NCBI RefSeq assembly: GCF_009914755.1 | Contig: NC_060926.1 | Reading direction: 5' to 3' (one strand) | DNA length: 64,000 nt | Origin: the human T2T-CHM13v2.0 reference genome, Homo sapiens | In this document: piece by piece, positions 52,037-64,000 of the stretch | Layout: each line of letters starts with the position of its first letter | Numbering within the stretch: the stretch's first letter is position 1 | Notes under the pieces: model-generated | Told to the model about the DNA's origin: nothing | The model's database searches: none | Seen by the model: the letters and a program-made list of their open reading frames with translations, nothing else | Made by a program: the position numbers and the translations under genes

Positions 52037-53812
52037 GATGGATATTTCTTTCCAAAGAACCAAACTTTGCAAAGGCCCTGAAATAAGAGAGAACAGCACT
52101 TATTTAAGGAGCTTGGTGGCTACAGATAAGGATGGAGAGGTAAACTGAGGTTGGATCTGAAGGGAGAGCCTCACTAAGGAATTGAATAAGGTTCCCAGGA
52201 AGACAGGCTTCTATCCTGCACCAGTCTTGCAGTGGCACCCGAGGATGATGGAATGTGCCTTGGGACCTGTGGGCATGGTTGAAAGGTTAGACAGGCAGAG
52301 AGAAATAAGGCATTGGCCTAGAAATGGTACTAGTGAGATCTGTAGCCTCTCTAATAAAGAAGAGATCTAAATGCTATCAGCTTGCAGATCAGGTGGATTT
52401 GACACAGCTTAGCAGTAAAGAGAAAAGATAAGTAACTCTGAAAAGTGTGGTTCACTTACCAATAACATTGTTAAGTAGGCATGCGTTCAACTCTCAAATT
52501 CATGGAAACAGAATACTGTGGCTCTTCTGGTTGGCAGTAAAAGCAAGTGTTTCAGGGCCACGGCAGGACTTTGAGTCTAACACTAATGAATTCCTCCTAC
52601 AGAGAGAGAAGTCATTATTTGCATTGTGGTTTCTGACTTGGCAAATAACCAGAGGGATAAATTAGGAATCTCCCAACCTATTTCCCAATAAGCATCATTT
52701 GGTGGACTTTTTTATTGCCTTTATTCTAGGTTTTTCCTCACCCTCAAATCTTTACAAAAGAGGGAAGAAAAACAACAGAACCTCCCTTCTCCCAAACCTT
52801 GTCTAATCCTTTCATAATTCATGATCACAGAGCTGCTGTAAAAACCCAGCCTCAATGCTGTGCTTATTCCCTGTGTGCTTGGCCAAGCACGCAATTCCAT
52901 TTACCAGCACTCCAGTGAGCATGTGGTGATAAATAAAGCTGCCACCCTGCACTTGCCCACCGTGTTTAAAACGACACATTGGACAAGTGGGTCTCTATTG
53001 CCTCCACTTGTTTCATAAAAGACTAAAAATGGTCTGCAAATGCAGTAAATCTTAATTTCTAATACAAACTCCAAATACAGAAAAAAAAATCATAGGCCAG
53101 TTTAGACCAAAGTGAATTTGATGACCAGATGGTGAGGTCTAGAATATTAAAGAGATAAGCAATCTGAAAACTCATCTGGTAGCCACCTCATGGATTGGGT
53201 TTCTCCTTTTCTCTCCTTGAAGGAAACTTGCCTTCTCACAGAGCAACTTTATGGGGAACTAAAAGCACAGATGCAGGCAGAGCCAAGTGAACATTTAAAA
53301 ATGCTAAATTTTTAACTGCAAAACCCCAGAATTTAAAAATGCCCTTTTGTTATGATTGTTTAAACTAATAATTCACTCTTACCACACAGTTATTACTCTG
53401 TGCAAGTCCATGCGGTGTTCTTTCATGCATTATCTCATTGAGCTTCTTGGAGCCTGTGAATTTTCTTTTCAGATCTCCCACTCAGAAATCAAGGGCCTTC
53501 TTTTTCTTTTACAACCATTAATAGGAGAGTTGAGATTGCATTACCCATTGAGTACTGAGGCATAGATGGGTGATCTCTAAGACGAATGAGTCAGCATTAA
53601 ATCGTCTTATTGATACATAATAATAGACTCCTTTGCCTGGCAGCCAAAGACCTCCTCAGTGCTGTCCAAAACTACTTATGAATCTTACTTCTAGCCACTC
53701 TGCTTCATCTACTCTGTGCTCCAACCTCATTTCACTGTATTCTTTGTCCCCACCCTTTCCCACCTCTGTGCTTTTACTCTCTAGTTCAGTCAGTTGCCTT
53801 GATTGCCTTTCT

Positions 53813-54133
<321 letters not shown>

Positions 54134-54299
54134 TGATTGCCTTTCTCCCCAATCCTCATCTCACATTCTCGACCCAGCCTTCAATCCAGCTCAGATTTCA
54201 TATGTGCTGTGAAGCCTGCCTCAATTCTCCTTCCCCAACTGGAAGTCATCTTTCCTCTTCTGACCATTTGATGCTCTTTATTAAATTCAGAAAATCTGT

Positions 54300-54500
54300 C
54301 TTTGCAAGGATGTACACAGCAACATCGTTATAATAGCAAAAAGTAGGAAACAACATAAATGCCCATCAATGGGGTATCAGTTAAGTAAATTATTGTGCTC
54401 TGGTATACTGTGGAGAACAATGCAGCTATTAACCATGGCGATATATATCTATATGTTTACTGATTTGGAAAGATGACTACTACCGATTGATAAGTGCAAA
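54300..54500 (+). mobile_element. L1ME-like fragment
   Basis: caaggatgtacacagcaac...ataatagcaaaa...ggaaacaac..aaatgcccatcaatgggg. Confidence 0.6.
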
Positions 54501-54984
54501 AATAGGGATGATTCTATCTTTAAAAACAAAGGTAATTTAAATATCACCTTCTATATTCAATGGCTGAAGTCTACCTCCCTCCTTTTTACTTGCCCAAGCT
54601 CTGACCCCAGAAGTGGCCTAATGTTTCTGAAAGTTCTCAAAGGGTGAGGAGGGAGGATCCCATATGCTCACAGCTGCAGTCCCTATTATGCATCTGTCCT
54701 TGAAGGTGCTCTAAGATGTTTCATTGCTTCGCCTTCTAATAGAGCCCGTCATGGGAATGATGTTGATTCACCCCAAGCCATCGATCTGTGGGAAGGCGCT
54801 GCATTCCATTGACTGCAGTACTCATCACGACCCCCTTCCTCCTTTGTTCACCACTTGATGAGACACATGATAAACAGGACGTGATCCCTATCCTGAAAAG
54901 GCTCTTAGTCTCTTCAGGCTTCCCTTCCCAGGCCCTGCTTGGATGTTCCTTTGTAGCTATAGGATCGTAGTACTTTCCCCTAGT

Positions 54985-55165
54985 GTAGGTACATGAACTG
55001 AGTTAGAAGATCTGGGTTCAAATCCCAGCTCTGTCACTTACTAGCTTACCATCCTAGGCAGGTCATTCTCTCTGAGACTCAGTTTCTTCATGTAAAATAG
55101 GAGTGGCAATGTTACCATTTAGCTTTCTGGTAAAGGATGAATGAGATGTGATTATCAAAGTTATT
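54985..55165 (+). mobile_element. MIR
   Basis: ctgggttcaaatcccagctctgtcacttactagc...ctcagtttcttcatgtaaaatagg. Confidence 0.75.
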
Positions 55166-56222
55166 CATATATCATAAAAATCTCCCACAAAGGCTATTAC
55201 TAAATACATGCCCAGTTGCACACCTCCTTCTCTAACCTATGCTATATGCCAATTTATACACTTCTGGGAATTTTTAAACTCTAGTTTGTTTTAAAAAAAG
55301 GCCAGGATGGGAACAACACCTGCATGACCTCACTGATGTGACCTTCAACGGATCCTTCGAATGTGAAAGGCCTGATGTCAGCAGTGACCCTGACTCAGGA
55401 TCACTGAGTCTCCCCACGTTAGCAGGATCTAGGGTGGCAGCACTTCAGTGGATCCAACTCTTGGTAGAAACTCACAGCCCATTCTCAAGTTCTCATCCAG
55501 ACCACAAGATGGGATCCAGAAAACCACTACCTCACGTGTCAAATAAATAGGGTCCCTTTGGTGAAATATAAAAAATATGCATTTCCACGAAACTGAGGAT
55601 TTGAACAAGCAGCCCACACCCAGGAGTTTGAGGAACATTAAATAAATGCCCCCAATTTCTCTTGTTTTTTCACAGCTGAACCTCTCTAGGAAGAATTATC
55701 TGTTCTGCACTGAAGGCCATGATCACTTTCGGGTGTGTGGATTGTTGTGTGTTTCCCCTGTTGAGTGATTTCTTTTGTGGGCCTCAGTTATAGTTACGAG
55801 GTGTTAACAGGCTCCTGGAAGAGCCATCACATCAAGTGGAAGGTGTTAGATTTTGATTCTGGCTGTGGTTCAGGTTTATTTAATTCCTGTCTCCTCCCCT
55901 CACCTCCCTACTCTCAACCTATTAAGATTTAAACCCTTTGGCCCATAACTCCTGGTTTGTTATTTGTATCTGTTTGGGGGCTATATCCACTGTCATTCTT
56001 AGCCTTTATAGCTTTGGAAATAGCTTTTTCTTCCATCATGAAGAGGTTGGGCCTTGATGGGAAAACCTACCGTATTCAAATACTTTGTACTCTTTTGATG
56101 CCCTTCTCCTGGGAGTCAACAAGAACTAACTAAGTCCTTACTGCTATGGCCCATATAGTTGACTTACAAACAACACATATAGATTTGTCTTCTTACTTGC
56201 AGTTTTTATTTTAAACCCAACT

Positions 56223-56514
56223 AGTTGGGTGCTGTGACTCATGCCTGTAATCTCAGCACTTTGGGAGACCAAGATAGGAGGATCACTTCATCCCAGGAGC
56301 TCAAGACCAGCCTGGGCAACATGGAAAAACTCCGTCTCTACAAAAAATACAAAAATTATCTGGGTGTGGTGGTGTGCGCCTGTAGTCCCAGCTACTCAGA
56401 AGGCTGAGGAAGAGGATGGCTTGAGCCAAGGAGGTGGAGGCTGCAGTGAGGTGAGATCATGCCACTGCACTGCAGCCTGGGCTACAGAGTAAGACTTTGG
56501 CTCAAAAACAATAA
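56223..56514 (+). mobile_element. AluJ-like element
   Basis: Sense Alu whose tail merges into a TA microsatellite. Confidence 0.9.
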
Positions 56515-56515
56515 C

Positions 56516-56516
<1 letters not shown>

Positions 56517-56552
<36 letters not shown>

Positions 56553-56556
56553 TGTG

Positions 56557-56588
<32 letters not shown>

Positions 56589-56625
56589 TGTGTATATATA
56601 TATATATGTGTATATATATATATGT
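56517..56625. repeat. Interrupted (TA)n microsatellite with TG/TGTG spacers
   Basis: Directly visible; it produces the YIYIY ORFs. Confidence 0.97.
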
Positions 56626-57058
56626 AAAAGTAAAAATAAAATAAACCAAACTGTACCCCAATCCTTCTTCAGAAGCTCTCTCTGGGTCAGATGTGGCGTT
56701 TTCCTGCTGGTCATTTCTCATCTTGATAAACCCAGAACTCTCAGTGACTACTCTGTTGATGGACAATCATTGTCTCTCATAATTTGTCTCTCTCTCTCTC
56801 AATCTTGATTTTAAAAAATACATATTTATTGGAGAAAATTTGGAACATCAAGATGCACAAAACAAAACAAAGAATCACAGATGAGCTGTCTTCGTGAGAC
56901 AATTGCTGTTAACAATTAGCATGTCTTTCTAATCTTTCATCTAAGATCAAATGGACTATTTAGCAGAATTGGGACCATCCATTTATGCACTTTTGGTAAG
57001 TTTCTTAAAAAAATGTATCAGAGTCATGTTACTAGGCCTGGTTTAGCATTCTCACTTC

Positions 57059-57318
57059 ACTGGGTGTAGTGGCTTGCATCTGTAATCCTAGCACTTTGGG
57101 AGGCTGAGGTGGGAGGATCATTTGAGCCCTAGAGTTTGAGACCAGCCTGAGCAATAGAGTGGGACCTCATCTCTACAAAAAGTATTTAAAAATTAGCCAA
57201 GCATGGTGGTGTGGGCCAGTGGCAGGATTGCTTGAGCCCGGGAGGCGGTAGTTGCAGTAAGCTGAGATCACACCACTGTACACCAGCCTGGGCAACAGAG
57301 TGAGACCCTGTTTCAAAA
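57059..57318 (+). mobile_element. AluJ-like element with an internal deletion in the right arm
   Basis: The right arm jumps from gcatggtggtgtgggcc to ggcaggattgcttgagccc. Confidence 0.88.
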
Positions 57319-57699
57319 ATTGTTTTAAAAAAGCATTCTCACTCTTCAACATCATTCCTCATGTTCACAGGACACTGAGAGTGCCTGTCTTCAACAGCTT
57401 CTCATGCACCAGTTCTCTGTGCTCACCTTGTCTGGTTCCAGGTTTCAAAGTGTTAGCACACTGGGGCTGGAGACAGGATCTTTGGAGTCATCCAGAAAGC
57501 CCCAAGTATGAAACTATTCCAGTTCTGAACATGGGTATGGACTTACAGGACGAGCAATGTCAGCATAAAAATGTAAGACATTCTCATGTCAAAAAGAACC
57601 TAAGAAATCTGCTCAGGGCCCTAACTGAGTAACTTAATCATCAGATCTATTGATTTCTTTCTACAACTGCCCACAGATTAGAATGCCATTCTTTGTCAT

Positions 57700-58995
57700 T
57701 TATTTAATTATTTATGTATTTATTCATTTATTTATGAAGTAGACTTTATTTTTCAGAGAAAAGTTTAGGTTTACAGCAAAGTTGAACATAAAGTACAGAG
57801 TTCTCATATACTTCCTCCCCCACCATTAACATCTGGCACCCCAGTGATGCATTTGTAACAGTCCTTACAGTCTCATGAACCAACAATGACACATCATTAT
57901 CAATAAAAGCCCATAGTTTACATTAGAGTTGTGCTTTCTATGAGTTTTGATAAATACATAATGACATGTGCTATGGTTTGAGTGTGTTTGTCCCCTCCAA
58001 AAATTCAGGTGTTGGAAACTTAATCCCCAATGCAACAGTGTGGGGAGATGAGGCCTAATGGGAGGTATTTAGGTCATGAGGCTCTACCTTCCTGAATGGA
58101 TTCTCTTAGAAAATGGACCTTTGGGAAGAATGATCTGTCTCCTGCTCTTCTGCCATATGAGGAAATAGCATTACTCACCTCTGGAAGATTCGGCAAGATG
58201 GTCCTAACCAGACACCTGATGTCAGCACCTTGGACTTCCCAGCTTCCAGAACTGTGGGAAATAAATTTCTGTTGTTTATAAATTACCCAGACTCAGATAT
58301 TTTGTTGTAGCAGCACAAAATGAACTAAGACAACATGTATTCACCATCATAGTATTGTACAGAATAATTTTACTGCCCTAAAAATCCTCTATGCTTTGCT
58401 TATTCATTCCTCTCTCTCCCTTGACCCCTGAAAACCACTAATCTTTTTACTGCCTTCATGATTTTGCTCTATCCAAAATGTCATATAGTTGGAATTGTAC
58501 AATATATAGCCTCTTTAGATTGGCTTCTTTCACTTAATAATATACATCTAAGGTTCCTCCATGTCTTTTTGTGGCTTGATAGCTCATTTTTTTAGCGCTA
58601 AATAACATTCCATTGTCTAGACATGACATAGTTTATCTGTTCACTTATTGAAAGTCATCTTGGTTGCTTCCAAGCACTTACTAAAGGTCATTTTGCTTGC
58701 TTCCAAGTTTTGGCAATTCTGAATAAAGCTGCTATAGACATCTACAAGCAGGTTTTTCTGTGGCATAAGTTTTCAACTTTTTTGGGTAAATACTAAAGAG
58801 CACTATTGCTGGATCATATGGTAAGAGTATATTTAGTTTTGTAAGAAACCAACAAACCGATTTCCAAAGTTTCTATACCATTTTGCATTCCCATTGGTGA
58901 TAAGTAAGAGTTCCTTTTACTCCACATCCTTGCTAGTATTTGACATTGTCAGCGTTTTTCATTTCAGCCATTCTAATAGGTGTGTAGTGGCAACG
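57700..58995 (-). mobile_element. L1MB/MC-like 3' fragment interrupted by an MST LTR
   Basis: agttttaggtttacagcaaagttga-like start (aagtttaggtttacagcaaagttgaac); gctggatcatatggtaagagtat; ccattttgcattccca; ttcagccattctaataggtgtgtagtgg. Confidence 0.8.
57969..58332 (+). mobile_element. MST (C/D-like) solo LTR
   Basis: tgctatggtttga...aactaagaca with a perfect TSD acatg. Confidence 0.85.
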
Positions 58996-59283
58996 TTTTT
59001 TTAAAAAAAAAAAAAGATAAAAAGCCTTTTTTAGTTGGAATTGCCTGACAATGAGTATGTGAATATGAATCTAATATATTATCTACTCTCTGTTCTTAAG
59101 CAAAAATACACTAACTTCTGAGAGCCACACAGTTTGTCCCTTAGCCCCTCCGTTTTAGCACCATACTTGGCACCCTATAGGTGCTTAGCAAATATCTGCT
59201 GGTTGCATGGCTTCTAATGACCTAGCTGCCTCTGCTTTTGAGAACCATAAGGAATCCATTTAGAGTTTCAGACCAGCATTTAG

Positions 59284-59330
59284 GCATATGCATGCACATA
59301 TACATGCATACGTGCGCGCATGCGCGCGCG

Positions 59331-59367
<37 letters not shown>
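59284..59367. repeat. Alternating purine-pyrimidine tract with (GC)n and (CA)n
   Basis: gcatatgcatgcacatatacatgcatacgtgcgcgcatgcgcgcgcgc-c-(ca)n. Confidence 0.95.
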
Positions 59368-59370
<3 letters not shown>

Positions 59371-61126
59371 TATGCTCTAGCTTGGGACTGTATTATTTAG
59401 ACTCTTGAGCTCCAGACTCTGAGTACATCCAAATATTGGCCTTGAGGCCAGTAAGTGATAACAAATGAAGAAAGTTTTGTTGATGTTTTATTTTGGTCAA
59501 TAATCAAGTCTAGTATTATATCTGGGTCTTAGACCATGAAAAAGTCACTCCTCCTATTGCTGCCCACATGAACAAATCTCACACACCTGCATCTAAGGAC
59601 ACACACATCTTGTCAGGATAGAAGAAAAGGCTGATGGCAGCTGTGTTCACTGCCCTTCTCCTTCTTTTTTCCTTCCATCATGGTTCTTCTTAGGAGGGTT
59701 CTTGAAGTAAGGAGACCTGGCATTTACTGAATCCTTTGGAGGTAAACCTACCATCCATTTTCCTGTTCCCACTGTACTCTGTACCTATTCTGCACTATGT
59801 ACCTGGCAAAGGGTAGGTGGTAATACATGCTTGTTGAATGACTAATGTACCTTTGAGCTGATGTAGAAGTCCAGAGTTTGCTAGTAAAGAACCACATAAC
59901 ATTCCTAGGTTCATTGTTTGCAGCCATTATTGTAGCTGCTTTGCAACTGCAGAAATCACTACAGGTTTTCTGTTATGAGCCCACAACCATAGTCAAATGT
60001 GGAGCTGATACTCCCCAACCCCCTACCTCCTGCTTATTGTCAAAAACACACTACACATTGTAGCAATCATATTGCCAAAGCTTTACGGCATCCATAAATT
60101 GAAAACTACTGCCTCTGAGAGTTATGGGCCTGTGTCAACACCAGATCACGTTGACTCTTCTGGAATGTGTTTGCGAATGTACTACACCAGCCTTGGAAGC
60201 TGTTGACATCAGAGGCTGTAAGTTAATTAGATGTGGCCCCAGAGCATTGTGGGTCTTGCCATCTAGGAGAAATTTTTTTTCTTTAAATTCTTCTCTTTAA
60301 TTCAGTCACAGGGCAGGAGCTGTCTTGGCTGCCTTATTTGGTGGGGAGTCTGAGTTGCTGGGCAAGTGATGATATCTGTGAACAACTTCTCTTTCTTCCC
60401 TTTTGGCAGATGGTAGTAGGAATGGCTGGGGACAGCAAGAAATGGTGGTGGCCATGAAGTCCGCTATGAAGGAGGGACTACTCACCAACATGCATGTTTT
60501 GAGCAGGTTCTGTCCAACTACGCCAGTGCAACCCTCTGGGCAGGATGTTGCTGAGAACTATGCTGTGACTCCATTTTAGTGGCCATGCAAGCTGTGGGCT
60601 CCCTGGCCCTTGTACATGTAATGGAGTGCCTGAGAGGACATCCTGGCTCTTTGGAGGTCGTTTCTCTGCCTTATTTTTCCTCTCTGCTGTAACATCCTTG
60701 TCCTTCAGAAAGAAAATGAGAATCTCCCACTAGTTAGAATATGCCCCTGAGTATATACACAGTTTCTATTATAAAGGAGCCAAGAAAGGAAGAGGATTCT
60801 GACTGGTTCTATCAGGCTTCAAGGAAAATGGCTGTCCTGTGAAATCTTCAAGACTTGGGTTCCTTCTCCCACTGCCATGCCCTGGTGCAGGGCATTACCC
60901 CAGCCTGACAGGTTGTCATGTGTGCTTCGGCTGACAGGAGTCAGACAGTAACAGAGAGAAGTGGACATCTAGGGCAGTGGGAAATGAAGCCAAGGAGGTC
61001 AGGGAGAACCCTGCAGAGCTGCTCGCTGCCAACCTCCTTCCCTGCCCTGTCATATTGATTCAGCTTCAGGTGCCAAGAGCTGAGCAAGATGCAGAGGAGA
61101 CAGAGAGTTTACATTTGAGTGGTGGG

Positions 61127-61128
<2 letters not shown>

Positions 61129-61163
<35 letters not shown>
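61129..61163. repeat. (CA)n microsatellite
   Basis: Directly visible. Confidence 0.97.
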
Positions 61164-61164
<1 letters not shown>

Positions 61165-61948
61165 TTCCACACAAAACCACCTAACATGCATCCATGCAAG
61201 TGTGTGGAGGCTGAGTCAGTACCTCAAGAGTTCTGAGGAGGAAGTCAAGAAAGATCGCTGTGGGCTGAGGTTGGGATAAAGGTCTTCATAGACAGAGGCC
61301 TTGACTGAGATTCAGGAAAGTGTGGCTCAGGTGACATTCCAGGACAGGCAATAGTGGAAGCAAAGGCAAGGAGATGGGAATGAGGAGCTGTGTTCCGATG
61401 AGGGAAAAGCTTGGGAAGATGGAGAAGGGAGGCAGGGCAGATAAGCTGGAGGAGGAGTGTGAGGTCTTGGGGACAGGGAGTTTTGTCCATTGTATTTCAT
61501 CTTGTGAATACCTACAGCCTTGTTGGCAATTCACATTTTTTGACTATTGTTGAAAGGTAACTTAAGGTTCGAAACAGAAAGAGCTTAAATACCTTAGGCC
61601 ATGTTCTTCAGATATGTGGAAGATTTGGGTGGGATTTTGGGTGGGGTGAGTAATCGGTAGGTAATATGTAGACTCATAGAAGAGAGAGGTGCTTTTAGGC
61701 AGGTGGCCTAATTAAGAAATAAATGTGGTAGTCCAAGCATGAGCTACTTAAGGACTCAACTAAGTTAGAGAGAGCTCAGAGGGAGTGAGGGGTGGGGATC
61801 AACAAGAGATGCAGTAAGGTTTTGAAGAATAGGCTCACACAAAATGAGTTGGAGAAATCTCAGGAGACCCTCTAACCAATCCTCAGTCCTATTTAAGGCA
61901 GTGGGGTGGCTACAGCCATGGAGATTTTGCTGTCAATCTTTGGGGATA

Positions 61949-62269
61949 CAGATGCTCCACTATTTCCAATGGGGTTACATCTCAATAAACCCATTGTAAG
62001 TTGAAAATATCGTAACCTAAAAATGCATTTAATACACCTAACCAACTGAACATTGTAGCTTAGCCTTGCTTCTTTAAATGTGCCCAGAACACTTACATTA
62101 GCCTACAGCTGGACAAAACTGGCAACATAGTTCACTGTAGAGTATCAGTTGTCTACCCTTATGATTGTGAGAGAGTATCATACCACTTTCCACTGACTTT
62201 ATATCATTTTTGTACCATTGTAAAGTTGAAAAATCCTAAGTCTAAACATCTTAAATCAGGGACTGTCTG
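61949..62269 (+). mobile_element. TcMar-Tigger DNA transposon (MER47/Tigger5-like)
   Basis: TA|cagatgctcc...gggactgtctg|TA termini; internal ggggttacatc...aaacccattgtaagttgaaaatatcgtaa...cagaacacttacattagcctacag. Confidence 0.8.
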
Positions 62270-62344
62270 TATTTCAACATTTTATTACTATTTCCAGATA
62301 CATCCTAGAAAAATCCCTCTGCTTTAATTTAAGTTGCTTTGTGA

Positions 62345-62730
62345 TTCATTCATTCATTCACTCACTCATTCATTCATTTATTCTTCAACAATTACCAAGC
62401 ATATACTTTGTGCTTGGCCCTCTGCTATGCTCTGGGGATTCATTCATAAATCAGACCTCCTGCCTGCCCTCAGAGAGCTTACAATTCAGTAGACATCATA
62501 TACATGTAAACATAGACATATGTGCAAGTAATAAAGGGTTGTGCATCTGCAAAAGGTACAGTGAGCACATAAAGGAAGATGTCAGCTCTGCACTGAGGTG
62601 TGGAGCTAGGAGCATCTTAATAGAGGAAGTGATCATTGGAGTTTTTGTTTTAAAGGATTCACCAAATGGACAAAATGGAGTCGGGGGAGAATTTTCCAGC
62701 AAAGAGCAGAGTATCCAAAAGCCTTGAGGT
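62345..62730 (-). mobile_element. L2 3'-end fragment
   Basis: (ttca)n tail followed by ...tactttgtgcttggc...cctgccctcagagagcttacaattcagt; explains ORF 62341. Confidence 0.7.
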
Positions 62731-62939
62731 GGAAATGACTGAGGTGGACTCCGAAATTGGATTCTAAATTCCCTATGGTGAGGCATGGTGGGCTGGGGAT
62801 ACTAGAAGTCAGCAGGTCACTATGACTATGGCTTGATTTACTGTATGTGTGATTGGAAATAATACATTTATATTAAAGCCTGTAAGGCTATTACAAGGCA
62901 GGATACAAGAATATCAAAACTTATTTTAAAACAAAAGAC

Positions 62940-63210
62940 TTCCCAGCACGTTGGGAGGTTGAGGCAGGAGGATCACTTGAAGCCAGGAGTTTGAGATCAG
63001 CCTGGACAACATAGTGAGATGCTGTGCCTACAAAAAAAAAAAAAAAAGCAGCTAGGCATGGTGGTGCATGCCTGTAGTCACAGCTACCTGGGAGGCTGAG
63101 GTGGGAGATTCACCTGAGCCCACGAGTTCCAGGTTGCAGTGAGCCATGATTGCCCCACTGACTGCACTCCAGCCTGGGTAACAGAGCAAGACCCTGTCTC
63201 TAAAAAAGTA
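62940..63210 (+). mobile_element. AluJ-like element, 5'-truncated
   Basis: Starts at tcccagcac; ggatcacttga..ccaggagtttgag. Confidence 0.9.
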
Positions 63211-63287
63211 AATATAGATAAGTAAATGTTTTAAAAGAATTCAAAGACATGTCAAGGTTTTTGCAGACTGTTTCAGGGTATACCCTT

Positions 63288-63652
63288 GCCCTAGTCTGTT
63301 CAGGCTGGTATAAGAGATATCACAGACCAGGTAGCATAAAAAAAGAAATTAATTTTCTCACACTTCTGGGGGAAGAAGTCTCAAATGCAGGTCTGGCAGG
63401 GGCAATTCTGGTGAGGGCTGTCTTCCTGCTTTGCAGATGGCAGCTTTCTTGCTGTGTCTTCACATGGTAGAAAGAGAAAGCGCTAGTGTCTTTTTCTCTT
63501 CTAAGGACACCGGCTCTATCAGACTAGGGCCTCCCTCTCACACCCTCACTTAACCTTTGTTACCTCCTAATAGGCCTTGTTTTCAAATGCAGTCACATGG
63601 GGGTTTAGGGCTTCAATATACAAAATTTAAGGGGGACAGGTTGGTTCCTAGC
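63288..63652 (-). mobile_element. MLT1A/B-like LTR
   Basis: tagtctgttcaggctg...ctggtgagggct...ttcttgctgtgtcttcacatgg...ttagggcttcaa...ggggaca. Confidence 0.75.
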
Positions 63653-64000
63653 ATGGAATCCAGGTAATGAAGATGGTACTTCTTTTACCCACCTCTTCAT
63701 TGCAAACAGTCAGCAGGCACTAATACGGCTTTCAAGAAACTCGATGTGAAAGTTATAAAGAAAGGAGAATCTCACAAGAAGGCCAGATAAGTGACCTGCA
63801 GACAAATCACAAGGACCCTGCATTTAGGCTAAGGCTGTCCCAAAGGCGGCAGGAAGCCCCTGAGAGGGAGAGTCTTGATTGATTTAGGTTTCTGGAACAT
63901 ACTTCTGGCTGCAGTCGGCAAGTATTTAAGGGAAAAGCCTGGAGGCAGAGAGACTGGTTAGGAGGCTCTGGCCCTGGGCAGGTGAAAAGTTGAGGCTTGA

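Noticed and set aside
56459-56808. YIYIY-rich ORFs
   Set aside because: Translations of the TA microsatellite.

Overview
Human (or very closely related great-ape) genomic DNA from the AGPS-TTC30B locus (human 2q31.2), not prokaryotic. The + strand carries the last three coding exons of AGPS (alkylglycerone-phosphate synthase): 1559-1658, 4038-4095 and 18354-18475. They splice in frame to ...[13 protein letters not shown]...[12 protein letters not shown] and are followed by a ~5.6 kb 3'UTR. The - strand carries the convergent, intronless TTC30B/IFT70B gene (CDS 33038-31041, 665 aa) with a CpG-island promoter containing a canonical RFX X-box and tandem ETS sites. The rest is intronic or intergenic DNA rich in transposable elements (TEs): Alus, old L1/L2/MIR, solo LTRs (MER41A, LTR14-type, THE1, MST, MLT1), one full-length MST MaLR provirus, DNA transposons and a CR1/L3 RT relic. 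The other ORF-track entries are spurious, apart from those overlapping these exons or TE relics. I find no convincing undescribed biological system. The best lead is the sense-oriented MST provirus, which forms a ready-made terminal exon (strong acceptor, intact 3'-LTR AATAAA, mutated 5'-LTR signal). It could give AGPS an alternative C-terminus and nest TTC30B inside an AGPS intron. Repeat subfamily names come from recalled consensus sequences, and boundaries of old repeats are approximate.
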